In this document: positions 11,961 through 25,135 of the stretch, one piece after another
Numbering within the stretch: the first letter of the stretch is position 1
Layout of the letters: the number at the start of each line of letters is the position of its first letter
NCBI GenBank assembly: GCA_013265495.1
Contig: MU057484.1
Span: 62,001 to 126,000, forward strand
Length of the DNA: 64,000 nucleotides
Origin: Vicugna vicugna
Lineage: Eukaryota
Reading direction: 5' to 3'
Program-made: the position numbers and the translations under genes
The notes under the pieces: generated by a model
The model's input: only the letters and a program-made list of their open reading frames with translations
Databases searched by the model: none
What the model was told of the DNA's origin: nothing

Positions 11961-12569
11961 GCAGAGGACCCATCTTAGATGAAGCGGGGGCCTTACCCGG
12001 GTTTTGAAGAGCCCCAGAATCAGATGTTGGAATGGGGTGGTTTATCAGCCTTGTTTATCTGCAGGGAAATTTCAGTTCCATCCAGATGTTGGTTCCTTCA
12101 GTCAATCTCAGGAATAAGACACAAGGGTCAGTGCCGATTAGCAGTTATCTAGGGCTTGACTCAAAATAGACTGTGCGGGGTGTAGAGATGGTAGATGGGC
12201 CCTCCCTTTCAAGGTTGGTAGTCTTCTGGGATTAGAGGCCCCAGCTGAGGATTACATCCTCATCTGCAGTAATGGAGGTTGTGAGAAACACACAGAGAAG
12301 GGAGGGGTGTGATGGCGGTAACTCATTATAGAATCCAGGACCCTTGCCTGGCTCTTGCGTAGAAGAGTCTCGTCTAGGATAGGGCAGCAGTTATCAAAGT
12401 GTATCCAAGGCCCCTGAGGTGCAAGGCCATTTTCATAGAAACACCGGGATGTCACCTGCCTTTTGCACTCTCTTGCTCTCCCGAGTTCCTGTGGGGTTTT
12501 CCAGGGAAAACCTGGCCTGTGATATCACAAAACAGGGAATGCAGAGGCAGATAGGAGAATTCAGCTCTC

Positions 12570-12860
12570 ACCAGTCCAAAAGAGATTTGCAGAAATTAAA
12601 ATCACTGCTATTCTTCTCACTAATGATTTTTTTGTTTTGAAAAATAGAATTATATTTTGTTTAAGAGTATTAATAATAACATACAGTAAATTGTTAATAT
12701 TTTTAAGTGAATTCATACACTTTTTCTAACTTCTCATTTAACTTCTAACACAGGAAATATTGATAGATTTAACTAACATAAATAGCAGCCTTTTGGAGTT
12801 CTCAGTAGTTGTTAAGAGTGTATAGGGTTCTGTAGAACAAGAAGTTTGAGAGCCCCTGGA
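12570..12860. mobile_element. hAT-Charlie-type DNA transposon fragment
   Basis: Sequence ccaaaagagatttgcagaa...ctattcttctcactaa...aagtttgagagcccctg resembles a Charlie1 terminus (from memory). Confidence 0.45.
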
Positions 12861-13117
12861 GAACAGGTGCTCAGGTGCTAGTCAGGAGCTTAGTGGTGTT
12901 AGACGGATGCCAAGATGTCTTCTGCAACTGCTCCCGGACTCGAAGTAATTGGCCTTATGGAGATGGGAGGGCAGTGCCTCCACTTTACAAACCAGAAGCT
13001 GCTGAATGTGTCTGAAGTCTAGGCCATGGGCTGTGCAGGGATTCCCGTTGTATCTAAGCTGGGATTCCTGTGTAGAGGACTGGCCCTGAAGACCCGCTCT
13101 CCTTTGCTCCCTGCCAG

Positions 13118-13368
13118 GTACCTTCTGTGTGACTTCAATCCTCCAGAGGGCTTCAGCCTCCATAGGAAATTCTGCATCCACTTTGCCTTCCTCCTGAAGA
13201 CCCTGCTGAAGATGGAGGAGCCAGTAATGGTGCTATCCCCTTGGGGACACCTCTACCACTGGCAGAGCCCCGACATTAACCAGGTCTGGATTCCCTGGCC
13301 CAACTTCTTTGATCTCCCAAGTCTCAACAGAAACATCCCTGACATTGAGTACGAGCATCTCATTGCAG
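13118..13368 (+). pseudogene. POFUT2: POFUT2 exon 2 copy (251 nt, AG/GT intact, heavily substituted)
   Basis: Encodes [83 protein letters not shown] versus recalled human [83 protein letters not shown]. Flanked by ctgccag| and |gtgagg. No exon 3 found downstream. Confidence 0.95.
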
Positions 13369-13835
13369 GTGAGGTGGTGGTCATTTAACTGGGGCCAGGT
13401 GGTCGTTGTTCTGGTTCCGATCTGAACATCGGGTCATCTTACTTTGGGCTTGTCGGTCTGCTTAGGGGCCCTGCTCATGTTTCCCACACTGCAGGTGAAT
13501 TTGGCTTTTCCATAGATTTTCTGGAAATCGATTTGAAGTGTATGAGCTCTATGTCCCCTCACCTCTGAAAATCTTGGCCTCCTGGTGAGATGGAGCGGTG
13601 ACAAGGAGGCCATTGCCACAGAGGCCTTGTCCCAGAAGGACTCGCTCCCTGTGTAGTCAGGGCTGTTCTTACCTGTAGGAAAACACGATGTGTGTGTAGC
13701 ATGGGCCACGTGCTGGAGAAGATATGTAACTGCCCATCCAGTATAATTTGGTCCTGCTCAAGCTTCCCATTTTAAGTTTTGTAAGAGGGGAGAGTTCAAG
13801 ATTTTCTTTGAATAAAGGTATTTAGAGCTTATCAT

Positions 13836-15420
13836 TTTTTTTTAAATTGAAATGTGGTTGATTTACAATGTTTTGTTAGTTTCAGATATAGAGCTGTTTT
13901 GTTAGTTTCAGGTATACAGCATAGTGATTCAGTTGTACATATACATAGTCTATTCTTTTTCAGGTTCTTTTCCATTATAGGTTGCAAGATGCTGAATATT
14001 GTTCCCTGTGTTCTACAGTGAATCCTTGTTGTTTGTCTGTTTTACATATAGTAATTTGTATCTGTTAATCCCAAACTCCTAAGTTTGTTTTATAAGTCTG
14101 TGAGTCTGCTTTTGTTTTATAAATAAGTTCATTTGTATCATTTTTTTTTTAAATTCCACATATAAATGATATCATATGATACTTGTCTATGTCTGACTTA
14201 TTTTACTTAGTGAGATAATCTCCAGTACCATCCATGTTGTTCTAAATGGCCTTATTTCTTTCTTTGTTATGGCTGAGTAATATTCTGTTATATCTAAATA
14301 CCACATCTTTATCCAGTCATCTGTCAGTGGACGTTTAGGTTGCTTCTATGTCTTGGCCATTGTAAACAGTGCTCCTGTGAACATTGGGGTGCAGGTATCT
14401 TTTGGAATTAAGGTTCCCTCTGGATATATGCCCAGGAGTAAGATTGCTGGATTAGGTGATAAGTCTTTTTTTTGTGTGTGTGTGTGTCTTTTGAGGAATC
14501 TCCATACTGTTTTCCATAGTGGCTGCACCAAACTACATTCCCACCAACAATGTAGGAGTGTTTCCTTTACTCCACAGCCTCTCCAGCATGTATGGTTTGT
14601 GGACTTTTGAATGATGGCCATTCTGACTGGTGTGAGATGATAACATTGTAGTTTTGTGCTGCATTTCTCTGATAATTGAGCGATATTGAGCATTTTTTAT
14701 GCCTATTGGCCATTTTTGTGTCTTCATTGGAGAATTGCTTGTTTAGTTGTTCTGCCCATTTTTGGATTTGGTTATTTTTTTCTTATTAAGTTGTATGAAC
14801 TATTTATATAGTCTAGAAATTAAGCCATGGTCAGTCTCATCTTTTGCAAATATTTTCTCCCATTCCATAAGTTGTCTTTTTGTTTTACTAATGGTTTCTA
14901 TTGCTGTGCAAAAGTTTATAAGTTTAATTAGGTCTCATTTATTTATTATGGCTTTTATTTCTGTTGCTTGGGTTGCTTAGATACCCCTAGGAATCCATTG
15001 CTGAGATGTATGTCAAATAATGTTTTGCCTATGTTTTCTTGTGAGAAGTTTATAGGGTCTTGTCTAATATTTAAGTCTTTAAGCCATTTCGAGTTTGTTT
15101 CTTTTTGGTTTTTTTGCGACTCTATTGATGCTTTTGATTTGCGGTTATCTTATTTTTCAAATACATCAACCCATTACTATATTTATTTCCTTTAGACTGA
15201 TAATCACATAGGCTCCAACACATCCTAAGAATAACGAAGAAAAAAAAGAAAGAAAAAAATACATTTTATTGCTCCCCTCTCCCATTCCCACCTTTTTTTA
15301 TTTTGATGTCCTTTTTCATTTTTACATCTTTATGTTTATTCTCTTGTAACTCGTTATTGCATTTCCAGCTATGGTTTTCCTGTTTCTAGAGCACCCTTCT
15401 TCCTTTCTGTTTAGAATAGA
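13836..15420 (-). mobile_element. L1 LINE, antisense, with a large internal deletion
   Basis: Poly-T, 3'UTR and ORF2 C-terminus ([33 protein letters not shown]) run to ~15095, then join sequence matching the ORF1/ORF2 spacer of the L1 at 61680-61990. Confidence 0.85.
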
Positions 15421-16564
15421 AGCTTTTACTCTCTCTGTTAGGTTCAATATTGCTGAGTTATCTCCCTTCCCCCTCCCCCTCCCTCCCAGGCCTCTGAATA
15501 CTCAGTCCAGGAAAGCTTAACCATTCTAGGCTTCATCGGTTCTGGGAAAGCAATCTTCAGAGTGGGAAAAAACATTGAAAAATAATGTTCTCTGAGTTGC
15601 TTTCTACCCTTGCCCAGAGATGAGAAATATCTGAAGGTGGAGGAAAAAAGTTGGAGGTGGGGAACACAAAGTCTTTTCTCCTTTTGCTACTGAAGAAATG
15701 ATCGGTTTTGTAATTAATGATGATGCCCTTTAAATTGGTGAGATCGAGATTCCACAGCTTCAGCGCCTGTGAATAACCAGCCAGGAGAAAGCTCTCTAGG
15801 GCCCCTGCAGTGGGAAAGGCAGCCCCTCTGAGCACGTGTTGTTCTGTATTCTTCCTGCCTCCACACGGGTTCCCTAGGCACCGTGCAGGACAATGCAGTT
15901 ACCCAAGATGGAGGACGGGGAGACCTCTGCTGTGTGGTGAGCCACAGGAGCCCACACTTGAAGGACAAAATGTAGAGTAGTTGGGTGGTCATAGGAACAG
16001 AGGATGGTTGAGACCCAGGATAGTGTTCTGGAGTCCAGCAGCCAAGGCTTGTGGGGCAGATGGGGCCCTGGGGCATGGGCAGTCCTTGAGAGATCTGAAG
16101 CAAAGATAGGAACCTAGAGACAGGATTCGTGTGGGGTTACGGCGCCCCCTGGAGGCTGCGGGGCAGCTCAGCGAGCCCAGGGGGAGCGGGCACTTCCCGA
16201 AAGCTGGGTTGACAGGTCACAACCAACTCACTGGGGACCGAGAGGCACTGAGTCATTTTTAACTTTTTGTCCCTCTTCCTGGAAAAGAAACTGCTGCCTG
16301 TTAAATAGCCTGTGTCATTGGTGAGAATTAAAGACATGAAGCAAGAGTGCCTCGAAAGTCATCCATTGTGTAGTTGTTAATAAGGGTCAAATGCAAACTC
16401 GAATAGATGAAATGAAACATTCATCAGAGGATTTTAAAATCCTTTAAAGTAAAAATTCTTGCTGCCTTTGTTCTTCATTTCAGGGTTCACTTGGTGATAA
16501 TTATAGTAACCAAAGCAACTGCAAACTCTTACAGAACTCTGTCCTGCTCTTCCAGGAAAGCTGT

Positions 16565-16885
16565 GTTCACGACAACCCAATGAGTTGGCACCACTATGAG
16601 TTCCACTTTAAAGGTAAGGACATTCATTAATCACATGGCTAATAAATGGCAGAGCTGGGACTTGAACCCAAGTTGTCTGGCCCCAGAGCCCCCTCTCAGC
16701 CCCTTCACTGCAGCTCATCACTTGGCATGCCGGCAAAGGCCAGCATTTAAGAGCAGTGTGACCTTGGCCAATGCTGCTTCACCACTTGGTCTCTGTTTCC
16801 TCATCTGCAAAATGGGGGTGTGGGCAGTGAACTCTGTGAGCTCAGTGGTCACTTCCTCCAGCTCTCATATTCTACTGCTTTGAGT
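16565..16885. mobile_element. Two MIR SINE fragments
   Basis: MIR core motifs gcagagctgggacttgaacccaag and gtgaccttggcc...ctctgtttcctcatctgcaaaatgggg. Confidence 0.65.
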
Positions 16886-19800
16886 TAGTTTGGTAAGTAT
16901 CCGAGCCCCTACATGGCCCACACATGGGCTGGTGCTTTGCTAGACCCTGGGTTACGGAGAAAATTAAGATCAGCCTGCTTCACCGAGGAGCCTGTGTCTC
17001 TCCACGGGAAACAGCTGCGAGGCCCAGGCTCCCTCACTGGCAGTCGGGGGCTGGGCAGGAAAGTCTGATAAGAGAAAATGGAGGCAGAGCCCTTCCGGGA
17101 ACAGTGGTGGCCACACAGCTCTCAGGAGCAAGAGCCTCTGTCCAAGCTGCTGAGAGTGGAGTCCTCATGAGGCCAGTAGTCCCCCCAACTTAAGCCCTCA
17201 GGGCAAAGATCCAGCCACCCCTGCAGTGTCACCATAGAGCCAGTCCATCCTCATCAGTGTGCCTCTGTGCTCCTTTGTCCTGGGGCCTCTCTTCCCCCTA
17301 CACCCAGAAGACTCTTCTCCCTCTCTTCTCTGAGTGTCCCCTCACTTCACCCGTGGTCCCTGCTTCCTGGGCAACCATCTCTGGAGTTGACGCTTTGCCC
17401 CCTCACACCCCCCGTTTGATCAGGAGTCTGGGTTGACCTCCTTGTGGTCACTTTCCACCTTCAATTCATTGCTCCTCCTCTCTTGGAAGCATCTGGAAAA
17501 CCCAGATCCTTTCCTAGCAGTGCCTGCCACCCTGGCCTCCCTGCTCATCTGCCTTAATCAGGAGCACCTGGACCACCAGCTCTGTATTGCCTCACCTCCT
17601 ACCATCAAGACGTCAAAGTTGATTCTCCCTCCACCACCCAGTGTGGTCATTTTAGGGTCTTCTTCTCCGTCAGCCTTAGCCAGCCAACCCCTATTCACCC
17701 TACCCCCGGGCTCATACCCGGGAGTGTCTCCACCCCAGGTCCAGCCTCTCTCCTTTAAGTACCCACCTCTAGCTAACCAGCTGCTTTTCCACCAGCCTCC
17801 CTGGCCCTCCTTCGCCTTCACTGGGGCATCAAGCGCTGACTCCTCTGCTTTCCTGCCTGTCCACGTTCCTCTTACTTCCACTTCCCCACCTTCCAGCTCT
17901 GCATCCACAGTCAGCACTCTCTTTATGACAAACAAAACCCCCTTGACCCTTGATCTTTTTAGTTCCTCACCAGGACGACTTCCATCTCAGTTCACCCAGC
18001 TCTGTTTGCTCTGAGCCTACAGGCAGCAGGATCTCCCAGCACAGATTTCTAAGACTACTAATCAATGCCCACCATGTTGCCACTGCCAGGCAATCCTCCA
18101 GGATTTCTCTAGTGAGCGCAATTCCCCACTTATCACAGTGGTGTCAACATTCTGTGCTCTCTGCACACCTCTAAGCTTCCCTCTGTCTCTTCCCTGACTC
18201 CCAGCAGATGGCCTTGCCTCCTGCTTCAGAGAGAATGACATGTTACTGGAAAGGAACTCGCTCACCTGCAGCAAATCTGCTCACCTCACCTTTTATCTGT
18301 CCCTCTCCCACCTGGACTCTAGCTGTAGTTGTTCTTAATTTAGTGAGTTTAGTTGACATATATATACAAAGTTAAAAGCATAGCACAGTATAGGCTACCT
18401 TCTAGGGCTTACTTTTTCCATTTAACACACAGTGTATGATTCATCCATTTCGTTGCATGTACCTGCAGTTCATTTGTTTTAACTGATCTTAAAAGTTGTG
18501 TGTGTGAAAGTAACATAAGAGAAGGATAAGCCAGGATTCAGGATGCTGGTTACTTCCTGTGAGAAGAGGCCAAGAGCAGGATAGGGAAAGAGAACACAGT
18601 ATGTCACTGTCAATAGTCCTATTCCGATGCTGGGTGATAGGTTCACAACTGTTTCTTATAATATTAATTTTAATACATAAATACCTCTGACAGGCATCTA
18701 AGATGAGAATGTGTCATGAACCAAGACATACAATGGGTAATATTACATCATTATTGTTATGTAATCTTGTTATAAAATATATTAATCATAATCTTACATT
18801 ATGTGTTATGTGTTATATATTATATAGATGCATGAATTATATATTATGTATATAAACACCTACATATGTCTTATATAATATCTGCTAATAAATAAACAAC
18901 ATAATATGCTAGTATATCTTCTATTATGTGTTATTTAATAAATAATAACATACTATATCTTGTTATAGGACATGGCACATAATCTTTAATAAAATAAGAA
19001 ATCTGTCAATATATATTTGTAATTAATAAAATTAAAAAAAAAGCTCGCAGCTTTTAATGCCGACACTGCTCCAGCTGTCACTGTCTTTTCTCTTCCCTTT
19101 CATGGTCGAGGTCCTCACAGCGCTATCCATTCCCCCTTTCATCTCCTTATCCTGAACCTTCCTTCTCCTCCCTTCCCATGCTGGCTTCTGCCCCGTGGTC
19201 CCTTTAGTCACCAGCGGTCTCTGGGGCACTTATTTCCGGGCACGGTCTCAGGCCCCAGCTCACCTGCTTGTCCGCCGCCTCTGCCACCGCTTGTGGGGAC
19301 GGGGCGGGGGGCAGAGTGCACCTCTTGTCCTGGAAGAGAACACAGCACAAGCTTAGTGACCAGCAGCAGGTGTGACTGGGACCTGCAGGACTGGGGGGGA
19401 GGGCCAGGCAGTCTGCATCCAGGCCTGGGGCACTTGGAGTGTGAAGAAGCCCAGCCCTCACTGCCTCTGAAGTGAGGAAAACACTCTGAGGTCAGTTAAA
19501 GTGCTTATGACCTAGGTCTGTTGGCTGGAATGGACAAATTGGCCCCTAAGGAGAGGGTAGTTGATGTTACAGGCCCAACCAAGGCCCTAAGGGCTGGCGG
19601 GGAACCAGGCCAGACACTCCACTGGACCCAGTGCCCACTCGGGGGTGGGGCCTTCGGGAGCAAGCAGAAAGCCCTCGGTCTCTGGGGGGAATGGGGCAGT
19701 GTGGGAGCATCCCTGCAGCTAGTCAAGTAAAGTCAGGGCCTGTGAGATCCGTTTGTATAGCCACATCGAGCCTCAGTAGAAGCCACAGCAGGAGTGGATT

Positions 19801-21421
19801 CCTGTCTCTCCAGCTGCCATCCTCCTGTCTGAGTGCCAGGCTTCAGACCGGATCCCCTGGGACACTAGGACAGTTAAAGACAGAGGCGGCTCCCGGAGGC
19901 CTCAAGAGGGCGGTGCTGGCCTTCCTGCCAACACGATTACACAAAGATCAAACAATCCATCGATGGGAAGAAAATAAGAACCATGGTCACATCTGGACCC
20001 CAAGCTTAGATGTGGTGCATTGGTGACATCTATCGACAATCCAGCGAGGTTCTGGCCAGAGCCAGAGTCCAGGGCATCAAGCTAGGAGTGACAATGAGGA
20101 GCATCATTGTGCAGAGGCTGGACTGGATGTCTGCAGGCTCCTCCCAGGAGAAGCCTCAGTGTTTGGGAGATGGCTAACATGCCTCCTTCGTGTCACCAGC
20201 AAGTGATGCCACGTGCGGAAAATCAGCTGTAATCCTGAGATGGGTCAGCCCTGGGTGATGTGATAAAGGCTCCTTCAAGAGGTGGCGCCAGATTGACAGT
20301 GAACCAACCAACAGGCTGATGAGATTCCCACCTGTGTTTATTGTGTTTTTGTAGCCAAGAATGAGGAGAGAGTTGAATGGCTCACCATGAAGATTTTAAC
20401 AACTTAAGAGGATTCCTTGTCTCACTGCATTTCACTGTCACCCGGAATCAGGAGGTGTTTAGACCCAGTGCAGTGGAACGGCCTCTTGGTTCCTCATCAA
20501 CCTGGCAAACCCACCAGCCCTCTATGGCCAGACCTCGGCAAGTGTCTTCCCTTGTTCTAACAAAACTCTTCCCATGCACGCCTGTGGTAAGCTTTAATTT
20601 TTTTTTTTTTATTTAATGGGAATGAAGATATCTTACAGCCTCCTCTGGCGTTTCCTTAGGGCTTCTGCCCTTAGACCCCGGCAAGGGGGCCCGCTGCCCT
20701 GGGTCCTGCACTACAGAGGGTCCCACTGGCCCTGACACTTCCTCTGGCCACGCCCTCCATGGCGTGGAGTCAGCAGGACCAAGGGGACACGGTCATTGGC
20801 TCCATCCCGTGCTCTAGAAACCCAGGACCCTGAATGCCCTACCTCAGCAGCCCCTGACCCATTTCTAGTGCCTGCACTGGCTCTCCCTGGAGTTCAGTTT
20901 CCCAGGACTCACAGAGAGGCCAAAGGGCAGCTGTTTGCATGGAGGTTATCAGTAGAACCCGGACGTGTGGTCTGAGTGTCCCCCTGTGCTCATCCAAGAC
21001 AACTTGTGGCAAGGGATGGACCCAGCATTGGGAAGAAAAGGGTCAGGCTAGTGATCAGAGACTGGGAATCAGCTCTCCCCACACGATCACTTTCTTTGCT
21101 GGACTCCCCTGAGTGTGGGAATTCTAAATTTGAACCTTGCCTTCCCCTTTATAATGAATGTATATTTGTAAGGCAGGAGTTTTGAACCTACTGCACTTAA
21201 CGTGTTTACATATATAGGATGTGAGCTCCTAGTTATGCTCTGGCCCTGCACTTCCAAAGGCCCAGAGCAGTTATGTTGGCTCTACTAAGACTGTAAGTGG
21301 TAAAGAGCATCTCCAAACAGGAGGGGCTCCTGCTTCACACTCCAAAGTCAGGATCTTCTGAGTGGATAAAACAACAGACACTGAGACCCTCAATTGTGAA
21401 TTGATTTAGAATAACGCCAAA

Positions 21422-21682
21422 GTGTGTATGACGTGTGTGTGCACATGCGCGCACCTGGGACGTGTGTGGTACATGACTGTGACTGTGTGTGTGTGCGCGC
21501 ACGCGCACCTGGAGATGTATGTGGTTCTGTATGTTATGTGTGTGTGTGCACCTGAGGACGTGTGTGGTTGTGTGTATGGTTTGTGTGTGTGTGGTACATG
21601 ACTCCATGTGTGTGTGCACGTGGGGATGTATGCGGAGCAGAGCCAGTGTGTCTGTATGTGTGTTTGCGTGTACATGCATGCA
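21422..21682. repeat. Degenerate (TG)n/(CA)n alternating purine-pyrimidine tract
   Basis: About 260 bp of gtgtgtgcacatgcgcgcac-type sequence. Confidence 0.85.
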
Positions 21683-23859
21683 TTAATTTTAATAGTAGAA
21701 GCTGTCCTTTAGAATTATGTAGTAAAAAATGTATGATGTCCTTTGCTGTATAATTCAAAATTAAAATAATCTTCAATCACCAGAAATTTAGTCCCATTCA
21801 GATTCTGATTATTTTTCCATATTGATTATGTCTTCATTTTACTGATGAGGAAACTGTAGCTTAAAGATGTTAACTGACTCAACCAAGGGCATGAAGTTCA
21901 CGAGCCCAGGGCCAGGACGGAGTCAAAGCCATGCTGCTCCAGAGGCTTGGAGCCCTGCTCACGATCACGTGTGGCCTCTTGGCGGCGGAACAGATTCTGA
22001 TGGGCTGTGGCCAGCGTGCAGGCTGCCCAAGCTGGGGACTCGGGAAGCCGGGCGGAGAGTACCAGACAGCAGACAAGAGTGAAGGGCTGCTCAGAAGTCA
22101 GATAGGTTTCTAGGTCTTGGATGAGGAAGGAGGCTCACTGCTCATCCTTGATCCCTTTGCTGGTGGCTAAAAGGGACAAAGGCCCACGAGAGCTCTTCTG
22201 GAAGCTGCCTGCCAAAACCTGGAAAAGGACTGCTTAGGACTGGCTCTGCAGTAGGAGCAGAGGAAGGAAATGTTGCCTCCTGGTGGAAATCCTTTGTGAT
22301 GGCTGTAGGAGGCCTAGCAGCCTTGGTATGGGGGTGGCAGGACTGGGTCCTAGTGGATGATCGTTTTCACTTCTCTTAAAAATCATTGCTTCATATATTG
22401 TATGCATTTAGTGGTTTATTTTAGGATGGTAAATATGGTCTCTGTTACTCCATATTACCTGGATTGATTAATTTTTTTATTGTTAATTTTCTCTTCAGTG
22501 ATTTGGAAGCTATATTGCCTCTTAATGAAAATTCTCTCTAAATTTTTATAAATCATCTCTAAGTTCATAACTTTGTATGCAATTGGACCAGTATCCCTAT
22601 AAGAGTCTCAAAATGAAACAATCTATTAGATCCTGTTCCTCAATAATGATAAATTAAGCATATTTTACCTCTCTGATGTCCCAAATTCTGTGTGTGTGGT
22701 GTGTGTGTGTGTGTAAGTGTTTGTGTGCTCCAGTTACTACTTTTTAGAGAGTTGCTTTAAGTTTGTTACATTAACAAAGAAAATATAGGTATAAACATCT
22801 TGGATTTCATTGTTCACTACCACTATTTAATCCCATGTCTTTCCCACTTTTGAGTTATTTACTTATCGGGATTTCCCAATCAACTGGACTCATGATTGAC
22901 TAATTTTTTTCGAGTGGTGGACTTGGAACACTTACATATCTATATGCAGAATAATGTTCTCCTCATCAACAGCTCTCAGCATGTTGTTGATGGCCCAAGC
23001 CTTGTTTTAAAATAAGGCATTATTTTTCATCATCAAAAAAAAAAAAGTTTCTTAATTTAAGGTGTTGTCTTTTTATGGCTGGCTAGTCTTGTATGGTGAA
23101 TGGATATTAATAGAGATTTCCTTACCCTCCCTCCTTCTTTTTGCCATAACTCGGATTCATTGAGAAGCATGTTTTTACCATTCCTCAGATGGGCTTCCGC
23201 TTTGACTTTCTCTTTAAACCATCATTCCATTCTTTTTCTCCATGCTTATTCCTGAAAAAGTGAGCTCTCTATTGGATTAAAGGTTTTTCCCGTCAGAGAT
23301 GTGTGGCTCCCTGTCCAAAGGTCCAGAGGAAGAAAAAAGGAAAGATTCCTGTTTCTGGTGGTTACATTTTGTCAGGTTAGAGATCTAGTTATCCGTGTGG
23401 CTGCGGTGGAATCTGCAATATCTTGGCTCAGAGTTTCCTTTTTCTGGCTTAATGGGGAGCCACATTAGCTGGGGTCACGACGCTGTGGCCGTTGTGAGGA
23501 TCCCGGGGCTGAGGCAGCCCCTCTCACCCCTTGTTATTTTGATCTTGCAAACTGGGTCCCAGCTATGTGAACCCTGCACATAGTGGCCAGGATCGCCCCC
23601 CAAGTGACGTGTCTCCAGTTCCTCGGCGTTCCTCACTGCTATCAGATAGCTCCAGTAAGGGTACGAGCTGGCTTCCAATGCGGTCCTTCTTCCTCTCCAG
23701 GCAGGCCCTCCTTTCCCACTAGTTGTCCCTATACCTTCTCTCCTGTGCTACATACGCTGAAGGAATTCCTCAGCATTTCCAGCAGGTAGATGGCGCTCTT
23801 CTATATTTGGACCACTTCAGTGCTTGCAGTGGAAATTTAGGAGGTGGAAAGGAAGAGCT

Positions 23860-24268
23860 TGGGGGTTCTCCGTATCTAGGGGCTCCCTATCCAGCAGACT
23901 CAACTAACTGTGGATTGTAAATGTTCGGGAAAAAACAGAAAGTTTCAAAAAGTAACACTTGAATTTTCCATACACTGACAACTACTTACATAGTTTTCAT
24001 GTTGTATTAGATACGGTGAGTAATCTAGAGATGATTTAAAGTACACAGGAGGACACAGCAAAAGAGAATATGACAACGAATTTACGTGTATATTCATGTT
24101 TAACTGAAAAATTATGCTCTAAGCTGGAATTTGATGCAACATTGTAAAATGACTATAACTCAATAAAAAATGTTTGTGTATATATATATATATAATCAGC
24201 ATCCATGGATGTTGACGTCTGGGGGGAGTCCTGGAACCAGTGCACCATGTTTACCAAGGGATGACTGG
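23860..24268. mobile_element. Tigger/MER2-type DNA transposon interrupted by a short L1 3' tail (~24055-24190)
   Basis: Contains aagtaatctagagatgatttaaagta-like core and terminal gtcctggaaccag...ccaagggatgactg. The inserted gcaacattgtaaaatgactataactcaataaaaaa is an L1 3' end. Confidence 0.65.
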
Positions 24269-24489
24269 AATTCCAGGCTCCTTATCCCAGCCTGTCAGGT
24301 CCCCATGTGGTTTGAATCCTACCTGTACCACACTTCCCTTGTCACTCTCCTCCAGCCCTGGCAGATTGCCCTATGACTCTTGAACAGTCCACACTCACTG
24401 TGCTTCATGTCTGGCCCCTAGAAATACCCGTTACTTTCTGAGCATGGCTCTGCTTTCACAAAACGGGCTGCATTGTCACTAGAGAAGAC

Positions 24490-25135
24490 AGTGTGGAATT
24501 TCCTTTAAAAGCTGAAAATAGACTTAACTCATAATCCAGCCTTCCCACTTCCGGGCATATGTCAGAAGAAAACTCTAATTCAAAAAGTCATATACACCTC
24601 AATGCTCACAGCAGCACTATTTATAAGAGCCAGGACATGGCAAGAACCCAAATGTCCATCGACAGGTGACTGGATAAAGAAGTAGTAGTATATTTATACA
24701 AAGGAATACTACTCAGCCATTAAAAAGAACAAAATAATGCCATTTGCAGCAACATGGATGGACGTAGAGATAGTCATTCTAAGTGAAGTAAGCCAGAAAA
24801 AGAGAAAAATGCCATAAGATATCACTTATATGTGGAATCTAAAAAAAGACACAAATGAACTTAACTACAAAAGAGAAACAGACACACAGACATAGAGAAA
24901 CAAACTTATGGTTACCAGGGAGAGAAGGGGATGGGAAGGGATAAATATGGGAATTGGAAAAGTGCCCCTCTTGGGGAGATATGGAAATGATAGTTAGCTA
25001 TCTCGATTGTGGTGATGGTTTTCTGGGTGTAGACATCTATCAAATTCATCAAATAGTTCATGTGAAATATGTGTAATTTACTGTACAGGAATCATACCAC
25101 AATAAAGGTGCCTGTAAAAAAAAAAAAAAAAAAAC
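24490..25135 (+). mobile_element. L1 3' fragment with poly-A
   Basis: aataatgccatttgcagcaacatggatggac...agtgaagtaagccag, then AATAAA and an A-tail at ~25116-25133. Confidence 0.85.

Noticed and set aside
11630..13388. Functional POFUT2 gene
   Set aside because: Frameshift and TAG in exon 1, heavy exon 2 divergence, and exons 3 onward absent.
17433..18014. 193-aa Ser/Pro/Leu-rich ORF
   Set aside because: Pyrimidine-rich, L2-like decayed sequence with low-complexity composition.
18740..19040. Very AT-rich tract
   Set aside because: Degenerate (TA)-type low complexity with no further structure seen.
23723..23920. YAEG peptide reminiscent of POFUT2 exon 3
   Set aside because: Only four residues match; the surrounding sequence does not resemble the exon.
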